DNA from: Candidatus Latescibacterota bacterium
GTDB taxonomy: Bacteria > Latescibacterota > UBA2968 > UBA8231
Length of the DNA: 64,000 nt
Reading direction: 5' to 3'
NCBI GenBank assembly: GCA_965242865.1
Contig: CBDETK010000013.1
Location: forward strand, 4,544,001 to 4,608,000
The translations under genes and the position numbers were made by a program. The notes beneath the pieces were generated by a model. The model had not been told where the DNA came from and did not search any database. It saw only the letters and a program-made list of their open reading frames with translations. Positions 39,879-50,742 of this stretch are shown one piece after another (position 1 is the first letter of the stretch; each line of letters opens with the position of its first letter).

Positions 39879-41596
39879 CAGGTGCTCCCTTTGGGTTGGG
39901 CCAGTTTCTGCTTGGGGGCCTCGACCAGCATGTCGGTAAGCGCGGCGCCAGCGGGGATCATGGGGAAGACGTTGTCTTCTTTTTCGCACTCGGCGTGGAT
40001 GACGCAGGGGCCTTCGTCGTAGGCGAGGGCCTGCTCGAGGACTTTGTCGATGTCGGCGGTGCGCCGGATGCGGAAGCCCTTAGCCCCGTAGGCTTCAGCG
40101 AGCTTGAAGAAGTCGGGGTTGCCCTCTAGGTCGACGCCGGAGAGGCGATTGTCGAAGAAGAGGTTCTGCCACTGGCGCACCATCCCCAGGTACTTGTTGT
40201 CGAGGACTAGGATTTTGACCGGCAGCCGATGGATGACGGCGGTGGCCAGCTCGCACAAGGTCATCTGGAAGCCGCCATCGCCGCAAATGGCGACGACGAT
40301 CTCCTCGGGGCGACCAAACTGGGCCCCAATGGCCGCGGGAAAGCCAAAGCCCATGGTGCCCGCGCCGCCGGAGGAAAGCCACTGGCGGTGGTGGGCCGTT
40401 TTGTAGAACTGGGCCGCCCACATCTGGTGCTGGCCGACATCCGTGGTCACTACGGCGCGGCCAGCGGTCAGCTCGTATAGACGGTCGATGACAGCCTGCA
40501 TCTTGAGCCCGCCGCGCTTGCCGTATTTGAGCGGGTATTTTGCCTTCCACTCGTCGATTTGGGCCAGCCAAGCGGCCGTGTTGAGCGGCTCGACATAGTT
40601 GACTAGCTCTTCGAGCACTTGGCGCGCGTCGCCTTCGATAAAAACGTCGGGCACGACCACTTTGCCGTATTCGGCCGGGTCGATGTCGATGTGAATTTTT
40701 TTTGCGTCTGGGCAAAATTCCGCCAGCTTGCCGGTGATCCGGTCGTCCCAGCGCCCGCCCACGGACATAATCAGGTCGCAGCCAACGACGGCTTTGTTGG
40801 CGTAGGCCGTGCCGTGCATGCCGAGCATGCCCACGGAGAGCGCGTGCTGCTCGGGGAAGGCCCCCTTGCCGAGCAGGGTGTTGGTCACCGGCATCCGCGT
40901 CTTTTCGGCAAAGGATTTGGCCGCCTCGTGCCCGCCCGAGGCGATGCAGCCGCCGCCCAAGTAGAGCAGGGGGCGCGTACTGCGGCGCAGGAGGGCGGCC
41001 GCGGCTTCGAGCAACTCGGGCGCGGGCTTGGTCTGCCAAGTATAACCGGGCAAGTACACCTTGTCGGGAAAATCCGTGGTGCATTCCGGGAAGGGGGCTC
41101 CTTGAGTGACGTCCTTGGGCAAATCGACGAGCACCGGCCCCTGTCGGCCCGTGGTGGCGATGTGGAATGCCTCGGTCATCACGCGGGGAATGTCGTTGGG
41201 GTCGCGCACGAGATAGGAGTGCTTGACGACGGGCATGGAGATGCCAAAGACATCGGCCTCCTGAAAGGCGTCTTTGCCGAGCATGGGCGTGACGGTCTGA
41301 CCAGTGAGGGCAATGACCGGAGCGGAATCCATCAGCGCGGTGAGCAAGCCGGTGATGGTGTTGGTCGCGCCCGGGCCGGAGGTTACTAAGACGACCCCGG
41401 GCTTGCCGGTGGCGCGGGCGTACCCGTCGGCCATGTGGGTCGCGCCTTGCTCGTGCCGGGTGAGGACGAAGCGGATCTGCTCGGAGTTGAGCAGCGCGTC
41501 GAAGATGGGCATGGCCGCGCCGCCCGGATGCCCAAAGACGTACTCGACGCCGAAGCGGTCGAGTGCCTCGATGACTTTGTCTGCCCCTCTCGCCAT
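39878..41596 (-). CDS. ilvB: Acetolactate synthase large subunit
   Basis: [20 protein letters not shown] and the TPP motif GDGGFQM...N. Confidence 0.97.
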   Translation of the reverse strand: MARGADKVIEALDRFGVEYVFGHPGGAAMPIFDALLNSEQIRFVLTRHEQGATHMADGYARATGKPGVVLVTSGPGATNTITGLLTALMDSAPVIALTGQTVTPMLGKDAFQEADVFGISMPVVKHSYLVRDPNDIPRVMTEAFHIATTGRQGPVLVDLPKDVTQGAPFPECTTDFPDKVYLPGYTWQTKPAPELLEAAAALLRRSTRPLLYLGGGCIASGGHEAAKSFAEKTRMPVTNTLLGKGAFPEQHALSVGMLGMHGTAYANKAVVGCDLIMSVGGRWDDRITGKLAEFCPDAKKIHIDIDPAEYGKVVVPDVFIEGDARQVLEELVNYVEPLNTAAWLAQIDEWKAKYPLKYGKRGGLKMQAVIDRLYELTAGRAVVTTDVGQHQMWAAQFYKTAHHRQWLSSGGAGTMGFGFPAAIGAQFGRPEEIVVAICGDGGFQMTLCELATAVIHRLPVKILVLDNKYLGMVRQWQNLFFDNRLSGVDLEGNPDFFKLAEAYGAKGFRIRRTADIDKVLEQALAYDEGPCVIHAECEKEDNVFPMIPAGAALTDMLVEAPKQKLAQPKGST

Positions 41597-41759
41597 GTCA
41601 ATTCCTCCCTACAGTGAATAGCTTGAGAATTATTATGTAATCAACTTGAGCAAAGTATAGGAAAAAAGGGCGGTAATGACAAGGAGGAGGAGGAAAATTG
41701 AACGATTTTTAGCGAAAAAGAAGAAGTTGGCAGCGAAAGCGGCAACTTGCCGAGGAATC

Positions 41760-42872
41760 CTAGCGCACTCGATACCTTGCGACGACTTCTTCATCGATCG
41801 TCACGCCCAACCCCGGCCCCGCTGGCACGTGAACGCACCCATCGACGACCGCGAATTTTTCGTGCGTCAGGTCGTGGCGCAAGGGCGAGTCGGCCATGCA
41901 GTATTCGAAGATTTCGCCGTGGGGAACTGCTGCCAGCCCGTGCAGGGAGGCGGCGATGGTGATGCCGCTTTTGAACGAGTGATTGACGACCTTGCGGTGT
42001 AGGCGGTGGGCGAGGCGGCCGACCTCGACCATCGTCGAAAGCCCGCAGCGGCCTGGGTCCGGCTGGACCCAGTCGATGCGGCCCTCGACGAGCAGCCGCT
42101 CAAAGTCCCGATAGCGCGACTCGGCCTCGCCGGTGGCGATGGGGATTGGGCTGCGCTCGCACAGGCGCGCATAGCCCTCGACATCCTCGGGGTGCAGGGG
42201 TTCTTCGAGCCAGAATACGCCGTACTCGGCGAATTGCTCGGCGCGCTTGAGGCCGGTTTTCCAGTCCCACACCTGCCCCGCATCCACCAAGATGTCCACG
42301 TCCGGCCCGGCCCCCTTCCTCGCTTCGCGCACCAAGGCGATGTCGTTGGCCTCGCTTTGGCCCATCGGCCCCCACCCGAACTTGATGGCCGTGAACCCCT
42401 CGTCGGCAAAGCGGCGGGCCAACTCGCCGGTCTCGTGCGGCGTATCGCCGAAGAGGAGGGAGCAGTACGCGCGGAATTTGGTTTGATAGGGGCCACCGAG
42501 CAGCGCGTAGGCCGGGCAATTGCGCGCCTTGCCGGCAAGGTCCCACAGCGCGAGGTTGACCCCGGCCATGGCGTGCGTGCCCACGCCGACGCGACCGTAG
42601 TAGTTGGCCGCTTTGAGCATGCGCTCGCCGCACACGTCAATGGCCAGCGGGTCGAGGCCCACGAGGGCGTTGGCGAGGCCGTTGCTAATCTGGTGGGAAA
42701 GCGGGGCTTCGACGATGGCCTTGACCACGGTGGGGGCCGAATCGACTTCGCCCCAGCCGGTGATGCCGGCGTCGGTTTCTATTTGGATCAGACAGGTGTC
42801 TTGGGTGCCGTCGCAGCGGGCCGTGACGGCCGGCAGGCGCAGGTAATGGGCGGATACGCGCGTGATTTTCAC
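41760..42872 (-). CDS. Mandelate racemase/muconate lactonizing enzyme family protein
   Basis: ETDAGITGWGE, ALWDLAGK, VDAG, WLEEP, GE and QPD metal ligands. Confidence 0.9.
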   Translation of the reverse strand: MKITRVSAHYLRLPAVTARCDGTQDTCLIQIETDAGITGWGEVDSAPTVVKAIVEAPLSHQISNGLANALVGLDPLAIDVCGERMLKAANYYGRVGVGTHAMAGVNLALWDLAGKARNCPAYALLGGPYQTKFRAYCSLLFGDTPHETGELARRFADEGFTAIKFGWGPMGQSEANDIALVREARKGAGPDVDILVDAGQVWDWKTGLKRAEQFAEYGVFWLEEPLHPEDVEGYARLCERSPIPIATGEAESRYRDFERLLVEGRIDWVQPDPGRCGLSTMVEVGRLAHRLHRKVVNHSFKSGITIAASLHGLAAVPHGEIFEYCMADSPLRHDLTHEKFAVVDGCVHVPAGPGLGVTIDEEVVARYRVR

Positions 42873-42873
42873 G

Positions 42874-44502
42874 TCAAAAGTGGAATACGGTTTCGAGGGT
42901 CATAATTTTGTGGCGCTGTAAGCGCCGATTGGCGGTGCGATCAAAGACGAAGCGAGTATCCCAGCGCACCGAGCTCCCTTCTTTCATGTTCAGGCCGATG
43001 TCAAAGCCGTAGAAGGTGTCTTGGGTCGGCTCGAAAAAGTCGTCCCGGCCGCTGCCGTCCTCGTTGAGGCCGCGGCCAATGTTGTTCTTGTGAAAATAAG
43101 CGTACGCGCGCTTGAGGCGAGGGAAATACTTGAGCAATTTGCGCGACAGGGCCGCGCTGGCGATGAGCTGCTGCTTGGGGTCGCTGGTGCCGGTCAGGTA
43201 CTGATAGGCCACTGAGGCGTACGCGTACGAGCCGAGGTCCGCGCCGAAGTGCCCGAAGAAGCCGGAGAGCTCGTCGCTGGGGCCGAGCCGTGCGTCCTTG
43301 GACTGGGCTTGGCCGGTGGCGCGGTCGAGGTGAGCGCGGTCGCGTTCGTACAGCTCGTCGAAGTAGCGTGCGTCGAACCCGCCGCGGAAGTGGCGGAAAT
43401 CGAGTTGGCCGTTGAACGGGCCGACCGCCAGCCACAGGCCCGGGGCGGCTACTCCGAAGCCGGTCGCTTGGCGATTGCCCGGGGACACGCCCTGCTGGTG
43501 CGCCTCGGCATTAGAGAGGGCGTCGTCGTCGTCGAGCAGCAGGGCGACTTGGCCGTAGAGCTTGAGGTGGACGCCCAAGTCGCGGATGAGCGGATAACTC
43601 GCATCCAAGCCCGCGATCGCAAAGAAGTCGCGGCCCACGCGGTTTTTGTTGAAGGGCTTGTGGCGGTCCACGTCTTGGTCCACCGGGAAGGCGTCGCCGA
43701 AATTGGCGTTGATCCCCAACAAGGCCGAGGCAATGTCAGGGGGAAGGCCACTGCCAGCGTCGGCGTCGATGATGCCGTCGTTGTCGTCGTCGGTGTCGAG
43801 GTGATCGGGGACGCCGTCGCCGTCGTTGTCGAGGGCGAAGTTGCCGTCGTCCGGGAAGGCGTCGATGGGGTCGGGGACGCCGTCGGCATCGCTGTCGCGC
43901 AGGCCGCTGTATTGGTCCAGATCGGCCGCAAAGGTCGCGCCCAGCTCGAAGTTGGCGACATAGCCAAAGGCCCGCAGCCCGATGAGCGCGCCGCCCTCTT
44001 GGAAGTCTTGCAGGTTGTTGATCGCTCCTTCGAGGCCGATATTAGTGCCGGCAACATGGGCGATGCGAAACTGGAGGCCGGTTTTTTTGATCCCTGGATA
44101 GTGCAGAGTATTGCGGTAGCTGTCCATGATTAAGCCGTACCCCAGCGTCACGTCGTCGAGCGCACCGATTTTGACATGCACTGCGTCGTTGGGATGGCCG
44201 TAGCGCACGTAGTAGATTTTGCGCAGGATCGAGTCAAAGGTTTGGGTTGACGAACCGGCCTCCCAGCCGCGCGAGCCGAGGTCGCCATTCCGCTCGACAA
44301 ACAGCTCCAAGTCGAGGCCAATGCCCACGCGGCCTAGGGGAAAGTCGGGCCGGAAGCTGAGGCGATACAGCTGCTCTTGGCCTACGGAGACGCTGCCCAT
44401 GCTGAGCGAGTAGCCGAACATGGCCACCGAGGGCTGAGCCAAAGAGGCGACCGGGCAAGCCAAGACCAATAAGACCAAGGCGCGATTGCAGCGAGAGCGC
44501 AT
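42874..44502 (-). CDS. Putative outer-membrane protein with TSP3-like Ca-binding repeats
   Basis: Signal peptide, DSDADGVPD / DNDGDGVPD / DDDNDGIID repeats, amphipathic beta strands and C-terminal FHF. Confidence 0.65.
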   Translation of the reverse strand: MRSRCNRALVLLVLACPVASLAQPSVAMFGYSLSMGSVSVGQEQLYRLSFRPDFPLGRVGIGLDLELFVERNGDLGSRGWEAGSSTQTFDSILRKIYYVRYGHPNDAVHVKIGALDDVTLGYGLIMDSYRNTLHYPGIKKTGLQFRIAHVAGTNIGLEGAINNLQDFQEGGALIGLRAFGYVANFELGATFAADLDQYSGLRDSDADGVPDPIDAFPDDGNFALDNDGDGVPDHLDTDDDNDGIIDADAGSGLPPDIASALLGINANFGDAFPVDQDVDRHKPFNKNRVGRDFFAIAGLDASYPLIRDLGVHLKLYGQVALLLDDDDALSNAEAHQQGVSPGNRQATGFGVAAPGLWLAVGPFNGQLDFRHFRGGFDARYFDELYERDRAHLDRATGQAQSKDARLGPSDELSGFFGHFGADLGSYAYASVAYQYLTGTSDPKQQLIASAALSRKLLKYFPRLKRAYAYFHKNNIGRGLNEDGSGRDDFFEPTQDTFYGFDIGLNMKEGSSVRWDTRFVFDRTANRRLQRHKIMTLETVFHF

Positions 44503-44600
44503 ATAGGGAAGATGCGGTGGCCGGGCCGCGGGTGCAATGCCGCGGCGGTCCTTGGTGCGCCGCAACCACAACCATACCAATCACCAGAAAGGGGCTTGCG

Positions 44601-46439
44601 ATGGGACAAACGCTGAGGGATCTGCTCAACCATAGCTTCGCAACTTATGCCGAACAGACGGCCATTCGAGAGCTCAAACCCGCGGAGGGCCGCCGCGCAT
44701 TGAGCTACCAACCCGTGACGTACGCCGAACTCAAAAGCCGCCGCGACCAACTCGCAGCCGGCCTAGCGGCCCAAGGCTTGGCTAAGGGCCAGCGCGTGGG
44801 CATTCTCACCGACGGCGGCAGCGAGCCGCTGTTGATCTTTTTGGCGACCGATTGCCTCGGGGTCAGTGCGGTGCCGCTGTGCATTGAGTCGCCCGACGAG
44901 GTTCTCGCCCACAGCATCGCCCACTCAGCGGTTGAACTGTTGGTCGTCGATCGCAAGGGCTATGAGCGGTTTGGCAGCGTCCGGGGCCCGCTAGACAATC
45001 CCCCGCGGCTTGCCTTGACCGAGGGCCAAGCCGAGGACGCGATCTCTTGGGAAGAGTTGGCAAAGAGCAGCGCGGACGTGCCCGAGGTTGAGGTGCGGCC
45101 GGAGGATGAATCGAAAATTCTCTACACCTCGGGTTCATCCGGCCTGCCCAAGGGCGTGATCCAGACCCACGCCAACATCGTCGCCAACATCGAAGAGGTG
45201 TGGGACGTGATTAGCAAGCGCGAGCCGCTCCGCATGTTCAAGTCCGCGCCCGACTACCACTCCATGGGCATTCTCAACATCTACTATCCCTTGGCCAAGG
45301 GGTGGACTTTGGACTTGGCGCGCTCGCCCGCCCGCGTCCTCAGCGACATTCGCCTGTCCGAGCCGGAGGGCTTTCTCACCGTGCCCCTGATTCTCGACAA
45401 AGTGCATGGCAATGTGCGCAAGGAAATCGACGCCGGCGGCCTCAAGGGCGGCTTGATCCAGCGCTCGGTTGCCGCCAAGGAGCGGTTGGTGCGCGGCCGG
45501 GCCGGGTTGTTCGACAAGCTGTTTTGGGCGGCCCTAGGCCAGTCCATCGTCGGCAAAATTCGCGCCCAACTCGCCACGCGCGTCGGGCCTCATCTCGAGA
45601 TTTTGATCGTCGGCTCGGCCAAGGCCGATCCCAAGGCGCTAGACTTCTTTCACGAGGTGCTCGACATCACCACGTACGAGGGCTATGGCACGACCGAGTG
45701 TGCGCCGCTGATTGCGACCAACCATCTCGGCGGGCGCAAAAGCGGCACGGTGGGCAGGCCGTTGCAGACGGTGAAGATCGTGGCCGCAGACGGGTCGGAA
45801 ATCGGGTACAACGATCCAGCGCAGGCCGAGTGCCGGCCCAGCGGCGATCAGGTCGGGGAGCTGTGGACCAGCGGCCCCAACGTCATGCGCGGGTACTTGC
45901 ACGATCCCGAGCAGACCGCGCAGGCGCTGGTGGAGGAAGGAGGCCAGCTCTGGTATCGGACCGGCGACTTGTTCAGCATGGATGCCGAGGGCTTTCTCTC
46001 GTTTCACGGGCGGGTGGGTCGGCAGTTTAAGCTACGCAATGGCGAGTTTGTCAATCCCGAAGCCCTAGAGCGGATTTTCGCCCGAGTGCCCCTAGTGGAG
46101 CACGTGGTCGTGTACGGAGACCAGCAGCGCGATTACCCGCTGCCGTTAGTGACGGTGGATGTGGAGGAGGCAAAAAAGAGCGGCGTGGACGGATTGCCGC
46201 TGGAGGACGAAGCCGCTTTGCGCACGCATCCGAGCTTGGCCGAGCGGCTCCGCGAAGGGTTTCTCGCCGAGGCCACGGCGGCTGGCCTGCCGAGCTACCA
46301 GCGGCCGCAGCGCGTCGCGCTCTTGCCCGAGCCGCTGAGCGAAGCCGCCGGGACCTTGACCAAGGGGCTGAAAAAAATCGTCCCCAAGGCGATCATCGAG
46401 CGGTATCGCCCGGTCATCGAACAAAGCTATGCGTCCTAG
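44601..46439 (+). CDS. AMP-dependent long-chain acyl-CoA synthetase-like protein
   Basis: YTSGSSGLPKG, EGYGTTE, GPNVMRGY and YRTGD motifs. Confidence 0.9.
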   Translation: MGQTLRDLLNHSFATYAEQTAIRELKPAEGRRALSYQPVTYAELKSRRDQLAAGLAAQGLAKGQRVGILTDGGSEPLLIFLATDCLGVSAVPLCIESPDEVLAHSIAHSAVELLVVDRKGYERFGSVRGPLDNPPRLALTEGQAEDAISWEELAKSSADVPEVEVRPEDESKILYTSGSSGLPKGVIQTHANIVANIEEVWDVISKREPLRMFKSAPDYHSMGILNIYYPLAKGWTLDLARSPARVLSDIRLSEPEGFLTVPLILDKVHGNVRKEIDAGGLKGGLIQRSVAAKERLVRGRAGLFDKLFWAALGQSIVGKIRAQLATRVGPHLEILIVGSAKADPKALDFFHEVLDITTYEGYGTTECAPLIATNHLGGRKSGTVGRPLQTVKIVAADGSEIGYNDPAQAECRPSGDQVGELWTSGPNVMRGYLHDPEQTAQALVEEGGQLWYRTGDLFSMDAEGFLSFHGRVGRQFKLRNGEFVNPEALERIFARVPLVEHVVVYGDQQRDYPLPLVTVDVEEAKKSGVDGLPLEDEAALRTHPSLAERLREGFLAEATAAGLPSYQRPQRVALLPEPLSEAAGTLTKGLKKIVPKAIIERYRPVIEQSYAS

Positions 46440-47460
46440 CGGCGCGGCCGCTCAGTTCGGCGGGCGAGGCCGTGCCGGTCGTGCCGACCTGCTGAATGGC
46501 AATGGAGGCGGCCAAGCAGGCGACCGCGGCCGCTTCCGTCAGCCCGGCCCCGGCCGCGAGGGCCGCGCTGATGGCGGCCGCACAAGTGTCCCCAGCGCCG
46601 ACCGGGTCAATGGGCGCGGTGAGGCGCACGGCAGGCACGTGCTCGACCGCGTTGCCGTCGGCCACGAGCATCCCCCTATTGCCAAGCGTTAGAAACACCG
46701 GGCGACCGGTTCGGTTGCTGAGCAAGCGGGCGTGGTGGTGCGCCGCCGCGAGCGACAACGCCCCTTGGCCGCCGACCGCGGCCCAAGCCTCGCGCTGGTT
46801 GGGCTTGAGGATGGCGTGCGTAAACAGCCCGATGCGCGTGCGCGAATCAGCAAGGACTATGCGCTCGGGCTGGGGGCCGAGTGCCGCGGCAATAGCGCGG
46901 CGGACGTGCGGGGTGAGGACGCCGCAATTGGGTTCGGCGACTTGGTCCACGAGCACGAGGCCATCCCAGTGGCCCAGCCGCTGGCGGATGTGGGCGATGA
47001 GGGCGCGCTGGAGGCGAGCAGGGGTTGGATGGCGATTTTTGATGTCGAGCCGCTCTAGTTCCTCCAGGGCGGGCCGGCCGCGCTGGCGGGTGGTGACCGG
47101 CTTGCCATAGGTCGGGGTCAAGCGGTCCGCGGCCGTGAGAAAGCCCGTCAAGTCGAGCTGCGCTCGGCGCATGGCCCGCCGCAACTCGTAGCCTTCGCCG
47201 TCGTCGCCGCAATAGCCCACGGCCTCAACCACACCGACGCCGAGGGCGCGCAGGTTGGCGGCCACATTGCCCGCACCCCCGGGCTGGCGGCGGCAGCCGA
47301 CCACCTGATGGCAGGTCTTGCCGGTCTCCAGCGACTTTTCGGCGAGGGTCGGGTCGCATTCGAGGTACGAGTCGAGAAAGAAATCGCCCACTACGCCAAT
47401 GCGGAGCGCGGGAAACGCTTCCAAGAGGGTCTGTAGGCGAGTTGGGGACAAGTTGAACAT
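46414..47460 (-). CDS. PfkB-family kinase, RfaE/HldA domain I-like
   Basis: VVGDFFLD, PGGAGNVAANL, KPNQRE and DPVGAGD motifs. Confidence 0.8.
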   Translation of the reverse strand: MFNLSPTRLQTLLEAFPALRIGVVGDFFLDSYLECDPTLAEKSLETGKTCHQVVGCRRQPGGAGNVAANLRALGVGVVEAVGYCGDDGEGYELRRAMRRAQLDLTGFLTAADRLTPTYGKPVTTRQRGRPALEELERLDIKNRHPTPARLQRALIAHIRQRLGHWDGLVLVDQVAEPNCGVLTPHVRRAIAAALGPQPERIVLADSRTRIGLFTHAILKPNQREAWAAVGGQGALSLAAAHHHARLLSNRTGRPVFLTLGNRGMLVADGNAVEHVPAVRLTAPIDPVGAGDTCAAAISAALAAGAGLTEAAAVACLAASIAIQQVGTTGTASPAELSGRAARTHSFVR

Positions 47461-47566
47461 GAGGAGGGCGGGCTTGATTTAGCCCCTTTCGCGCCCTATT
47501 TTCACCAGGTGCTAATTTTGTTATGTCCTTGATTATCTTAAACTTATAAAAAGATAAAAGGAAACC

Positions 47567-48442
47567 GTGCCGATTCGCAAAGCCGTATTTCCCGTAGCGG
47601 GTTTGGGCACCCGCTTGCTGCCGGCGACCAAGTCCCAACCCAAGGAGATGCTGCCGGTGGGGTGCAAGCCCGTCGTGCAGTACGTGGTCGAGGAGATGAT
47701 CGAGCAGGGGTTGGACAAGTTCCTCTTTGTAACGGGCCGCAAAAAGCGCTCGATTGAGGATCACTTCGACGATGATCCCGAGCTGGTCGCGCACTTGGGC
47801 GATGGCGCGATCGGCGAGGTTGACTACGCCGCGGCCGGCGTTGAATTCTATTATGTACGGCAACGCCGGGCGGCCGGCAATGCCGATGCCGTGCGCCAAG
47901 CGCGGGAATTTGTCGGCGACGAGCCATTTGCGGTGGGGTTCGGCGACACCATTATCGCCTCGCCGCGGGTGCCAGGCGTGGTTGGCCGGATGATGCAGTC
48001 GCACGTCCAACGGGGCGCGGCCGCCACCATTGCCGTCTGGGAAGTGCCACGCGCGGAGACCTACAAGTACGGAATCGTCACCCCGCAAGGCGTGGCCGTG
48101 GCCGACTTTGCCATCGCCGATATTGTTGAAAAACCGCCGGTGGAAGCCGCGCCGAGTTGTCTGGCGGTTGCGGCCCGCTATATTTTTTCGCCGGAAATTT
48201 TCGCCGCCATTGACGAGATTGAGCCTGGGGTCGGCGGCGAGTTGTGGCTAACCGATGCCATCCGCGTCCTGATCCAGCGCGGGGCTGAGGTCCGCTGTAT
48301 GCGCTTGGCGAGCGACGAGGTGCGCTACGACATAGGAACGCCCCTGACGTACTATCGGGCCTTTGCGGATTTCGCCTTGGCCGACCGCGAGTTCGGGGCG
48401 GCGTTCCGCGCGTATCTAGCGGACAAATTGCAGACGCCATGA
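47567..48442 (+). CDS. galU: UTP--glucose-1-phosphate uridylyltransferase
   Basis: KAVFPVAGLGTRLLPATKSQPKEMLP, VEKP and GELWLTDAI motifs. Confidence 0.92.
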   Translation: MPIRKAVFPVAGLGTRLLPATKSQPKEMLPVGCKPVVQYVVEEMIEQGLDKFLFVTGRKKRSIEDHFDDDPELVAHLGDGAIGEVDYAAAGVEFYYVRQRRAAGNADAVRQAREFVGDEPFAVGFGDTIIASPRVPGVVGRMMQSHVQRGAAATIAVWEVPRAETYKYGIVTPQGVAVADFAIADIVEKPPVEAAPSCLAVAARYIFSPEIFAAIDEIEPGVGGELWLTDAIRVLIQRGAEVRCMRLASDEVRYDIGTPLTYYRAFADFALADREFGAAFRAYLADKLQTP

Positions 48443-48485
48443 ATGGCCGCGACGGCCTCAAATTGCACACCAAAGGAGGGTCCTG

Positions 48486-49553
48486 ATGTCCGATAGCCAC
48501 AGGTGGTTTTTGTGGGGGGGATTGCTTTTGTTGGCCGCGCTGTACTGGGGGGCAGCCGGAGAGGCGGCTGTGGTGCCGATTATGGGGTTGGGCGATCAAA
48601 AGGAAGAGGAGGCGGCCCCCAAGGAGCCGGTGGTTAGCGACAGCGCCATCTCGGAGGAACTCAAGCAGCGGCTGCTGTTCATGCCCTTTCGCGACAAGTC
48701 TAAATACAAGGGCGAGTGGGACATATACTCGGCCCTACCGCGCGGCTTGGCCGATTCCCTGAGCGGTAGTGCCTTTTTCCGCACGGTGTCCATTGATTCG
48801 GCGCTCGTGCGGCTCAAAAAGAAGGAATTGCAGGGCAAGGTCCGCGTAGAGCGCGCCTTGGCCATTGGGCGCGCGGTGGATGCCGACTACGTCGTCTTGG
48901 GGCAGATCGACGAGATGAGTATGAAGCGCTTCCGCGCCACCGTGCCCATCGGCGGCTATCGCAGCTACCAGGGCCTGACCTCGGTGCGGCTGTTTCCCTA
49001 CAAGGTCATAGATGGGGAAACAGCCGGCGAGGTGACGCGGGAAGTCGCCGAGGACAGCAAGCGCTATGGGATCACCAACCCGGCCGCGTACGTGCCGCTG
49101 GAAAAGGAGTACTTCCTCTTGGGGCAGATGGAGTGGGGCAGCGAGGAATTCCACAAGACCTTGCTGGGCAAGTCGGTGAGTCGGTGTCTGGACCGCTTGG
49201 CGGCTGGGCTGGACAGCCTCATCCAACCCCCGGCCGCCCTGAAGGTCTCCGAGCCGAAAATCATCGAGGTGGTGGCGGATACCGTGCAGCACGAAGAATC
49301 GGTGCGCGTGCGGTTGAGTGCTTATATTAACGTGGGATTAGCCGATTCCGTGCAGAAAGGCAACAAGTACGGCGTGTGGGACAAGGGGCGAGAACTAAAA
49401 GACCCGGATACTGGCGAGGTGCTGGGAACGGCCCTGCCCCGGCGGGTCGGCGTCGTGCAAGTCGAACAGGTGCTCAGTCAACACCTGTCGCTGGTGAGAA
49501 TTCTGCAAGGGGAAGACGCCGTACAAAAGGACTACGGAATTCGCGCCGAATAG
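48486..49553 (+). CDS. Exported protein with CsgG/FlgT-like domains
   Basis: Signal peptide; IGRAVDADYVVLGQI (TolB-N/CsgG-like); ELKDPDTGEVLG (FlgT-C-like). Confidence 0.6.
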   Translation: MSDSHRWFLWGGLLLLAALYWGAAGEAAVVPIMGLGDQKEEEAAPKEPVVSDSAISEELKQRLLFMPFRDKSKYKGEWDIYSALPRGLADSLSGSAFFRTVSIDSALVRLKKKELQGKVRVERALAIGRAVDADYVVLGQIDEMSMKRFRATVPIGGYRSYQGLTSVRLFPYKVIDGETAGEVTREVAEDSKRYGITNPAAYVPLEKEYFLLGQMEWGSEEFHKTLLGKSVSRCLDRLAAGLDSLIQPPAALKVSEPKIIEVVADTVQHEESVRVRLSAYINVGLADSVQKGNKYGVWDKGRELKDPDTGEVLGTALPRRVGVVQVEQVLSQHLSLVRILQGEDAVQKDYGIRAE

Positions 49554-49575
49554 CCGAATAGGACAAGGGTCAATT

Positions 49576-50013
49576 ATGAACGCACTGCGAACGACATGGA
49601 CGACGGGTTGTATTCTGCTGCTGGTCTTCGCGAGCGAAGCCAACAGCGGCCCGATCGCGGCCCTGCCAGAGGACAGCCGCGTGTTCTACGTATTCTCGCA
49701 CGACGAGGTCCCGCAGCGCCAGCGGGTCTTGCAGGTGTGGCAGCAGGTTGAGCAGCGGCTCGTCGCCATCGCCCGCGACGAGCACGCGCCGGCGGTTGAG
49801 GGGCTGACCGTGTGGTCGGTCGCAAAGGCCGCAGAGTCCGCGGCGGTCCCCGCGTACATCAAGGCGCGGCTGGACGCCGACGGGGATTATTTCGCAGCCA
49901 TGGATGCCGCAGGCACTTTGTACTGGGCCGGCCCGGGGCGAGACCTGCTGCAACCCGTGGCGACCGAAGTAGATGAAAGCACGTGGGGCAAGGTAAAGGA
50001 CTTGTTCAAATAG
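49576..50013 (+). CDS. Exported protein with C-terminal TWGKVK motif
   Basis: N-terminal hydrophobic signal; ends TEVDESTWGKVKDLFK. Confidence 0.65.
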   Translation: MNALRTTWTTGCILLLVFASEANSGPIAALPEDSRVFYVFSHDEVPQRQRVLQVWQQVEQRLVAIARDEHAPAVEGLTVWSVAKAAESAAVPAYIKARLDADGDYFAAMDAAGTLYWAGPGRDLLQPVATEVDESTWGKVKDLFK

Positions 50014-50022
50014 GGTAGGGCC

Positions 50023-50706
50023 ATGGCCGCAGCACCTGAGCACAGAGACTTTTCCATCAAGCGCATCGACGCCGTCGCCTGCGGTGCTCGCTTGCTCGCG
50101 GCCGGTGCCATGCGGTATCACCGCTTGGTGGTGGAGGGGGGTTGCAATCTGCCGCGCGAAGGCCCAGCCCTGATTTTGCCCAAGCATTGCGCGTACCGCG
50201 ACATTCTGCTCGAAGGGGTCTTGCTATACAGGATCACCCGGCGCTATGCCAATTACATTATGAAGGTGGGCCTGTGGGGGATACTAGAGTGGATGGGGGG
50301 GGTCAAAGTGGAGCGGCCCAAAGATCTGAGGCGGATCGCCGACCGCGAGCAACGCCGGGCCGAGATTCGGCGAGCCCGCACGGCCAACCAGCAGATGCAA
50401 GATTATTTAGACGGGCTGTACCAGCGCGGGGAACTGATCGTCTCGCACCCAGAAGGCATGCGCTACCAAGACGAGTTGGGGCCGCTGCAAAAGGGCGTGG
50501 TTGAGCATCTGGTCCAGGCCGAAGAGCGGTTGGGGTTGCGCGTACCCCTGATTTCCGTTGGCTTGGAATACGATAGCTACGCTCGGGTTGGGTCGCGGGT
50601 GTACTTTCGGGTGGACGAGCCGCTCTACGCGGCTTCCTTCGCCAATATCAACGAACTGATGGATTACCTCAGCCAGCGCTTGCGGGTACTCAGCGGTCTA
50701 GCCTGA
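50023..50706 (+). CDS. Lysophospholipid acyltransferase (PlsC family)
   Basis: PKHCAYRD (HX4D) and HPEGMR block III. Confidence 0.8.
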   Translation: MAAAPEHRDFSIKRIDAVACGARLLAAGAMRYHRLVVEGGCNLPREGPALILPKHCAYRDILLEGVLLYRITRRYANYIMKVGLWGILEWMGGVKVERPKDLRRIADREQRRAEIRRARTANQQMQDYLDGLYQRGELIVSHPEGMRYQDELGPLQKGVVEHLVQAEERLGLRVPLISVGLEYDSYARVGSRVYFRVDEPLYAASFANINELMDYLSQRLRVLSGLA

Positions 50707-50742
50707 GGGGCCGAATGGGCAATAACTCAGCGGGGAGCATGC

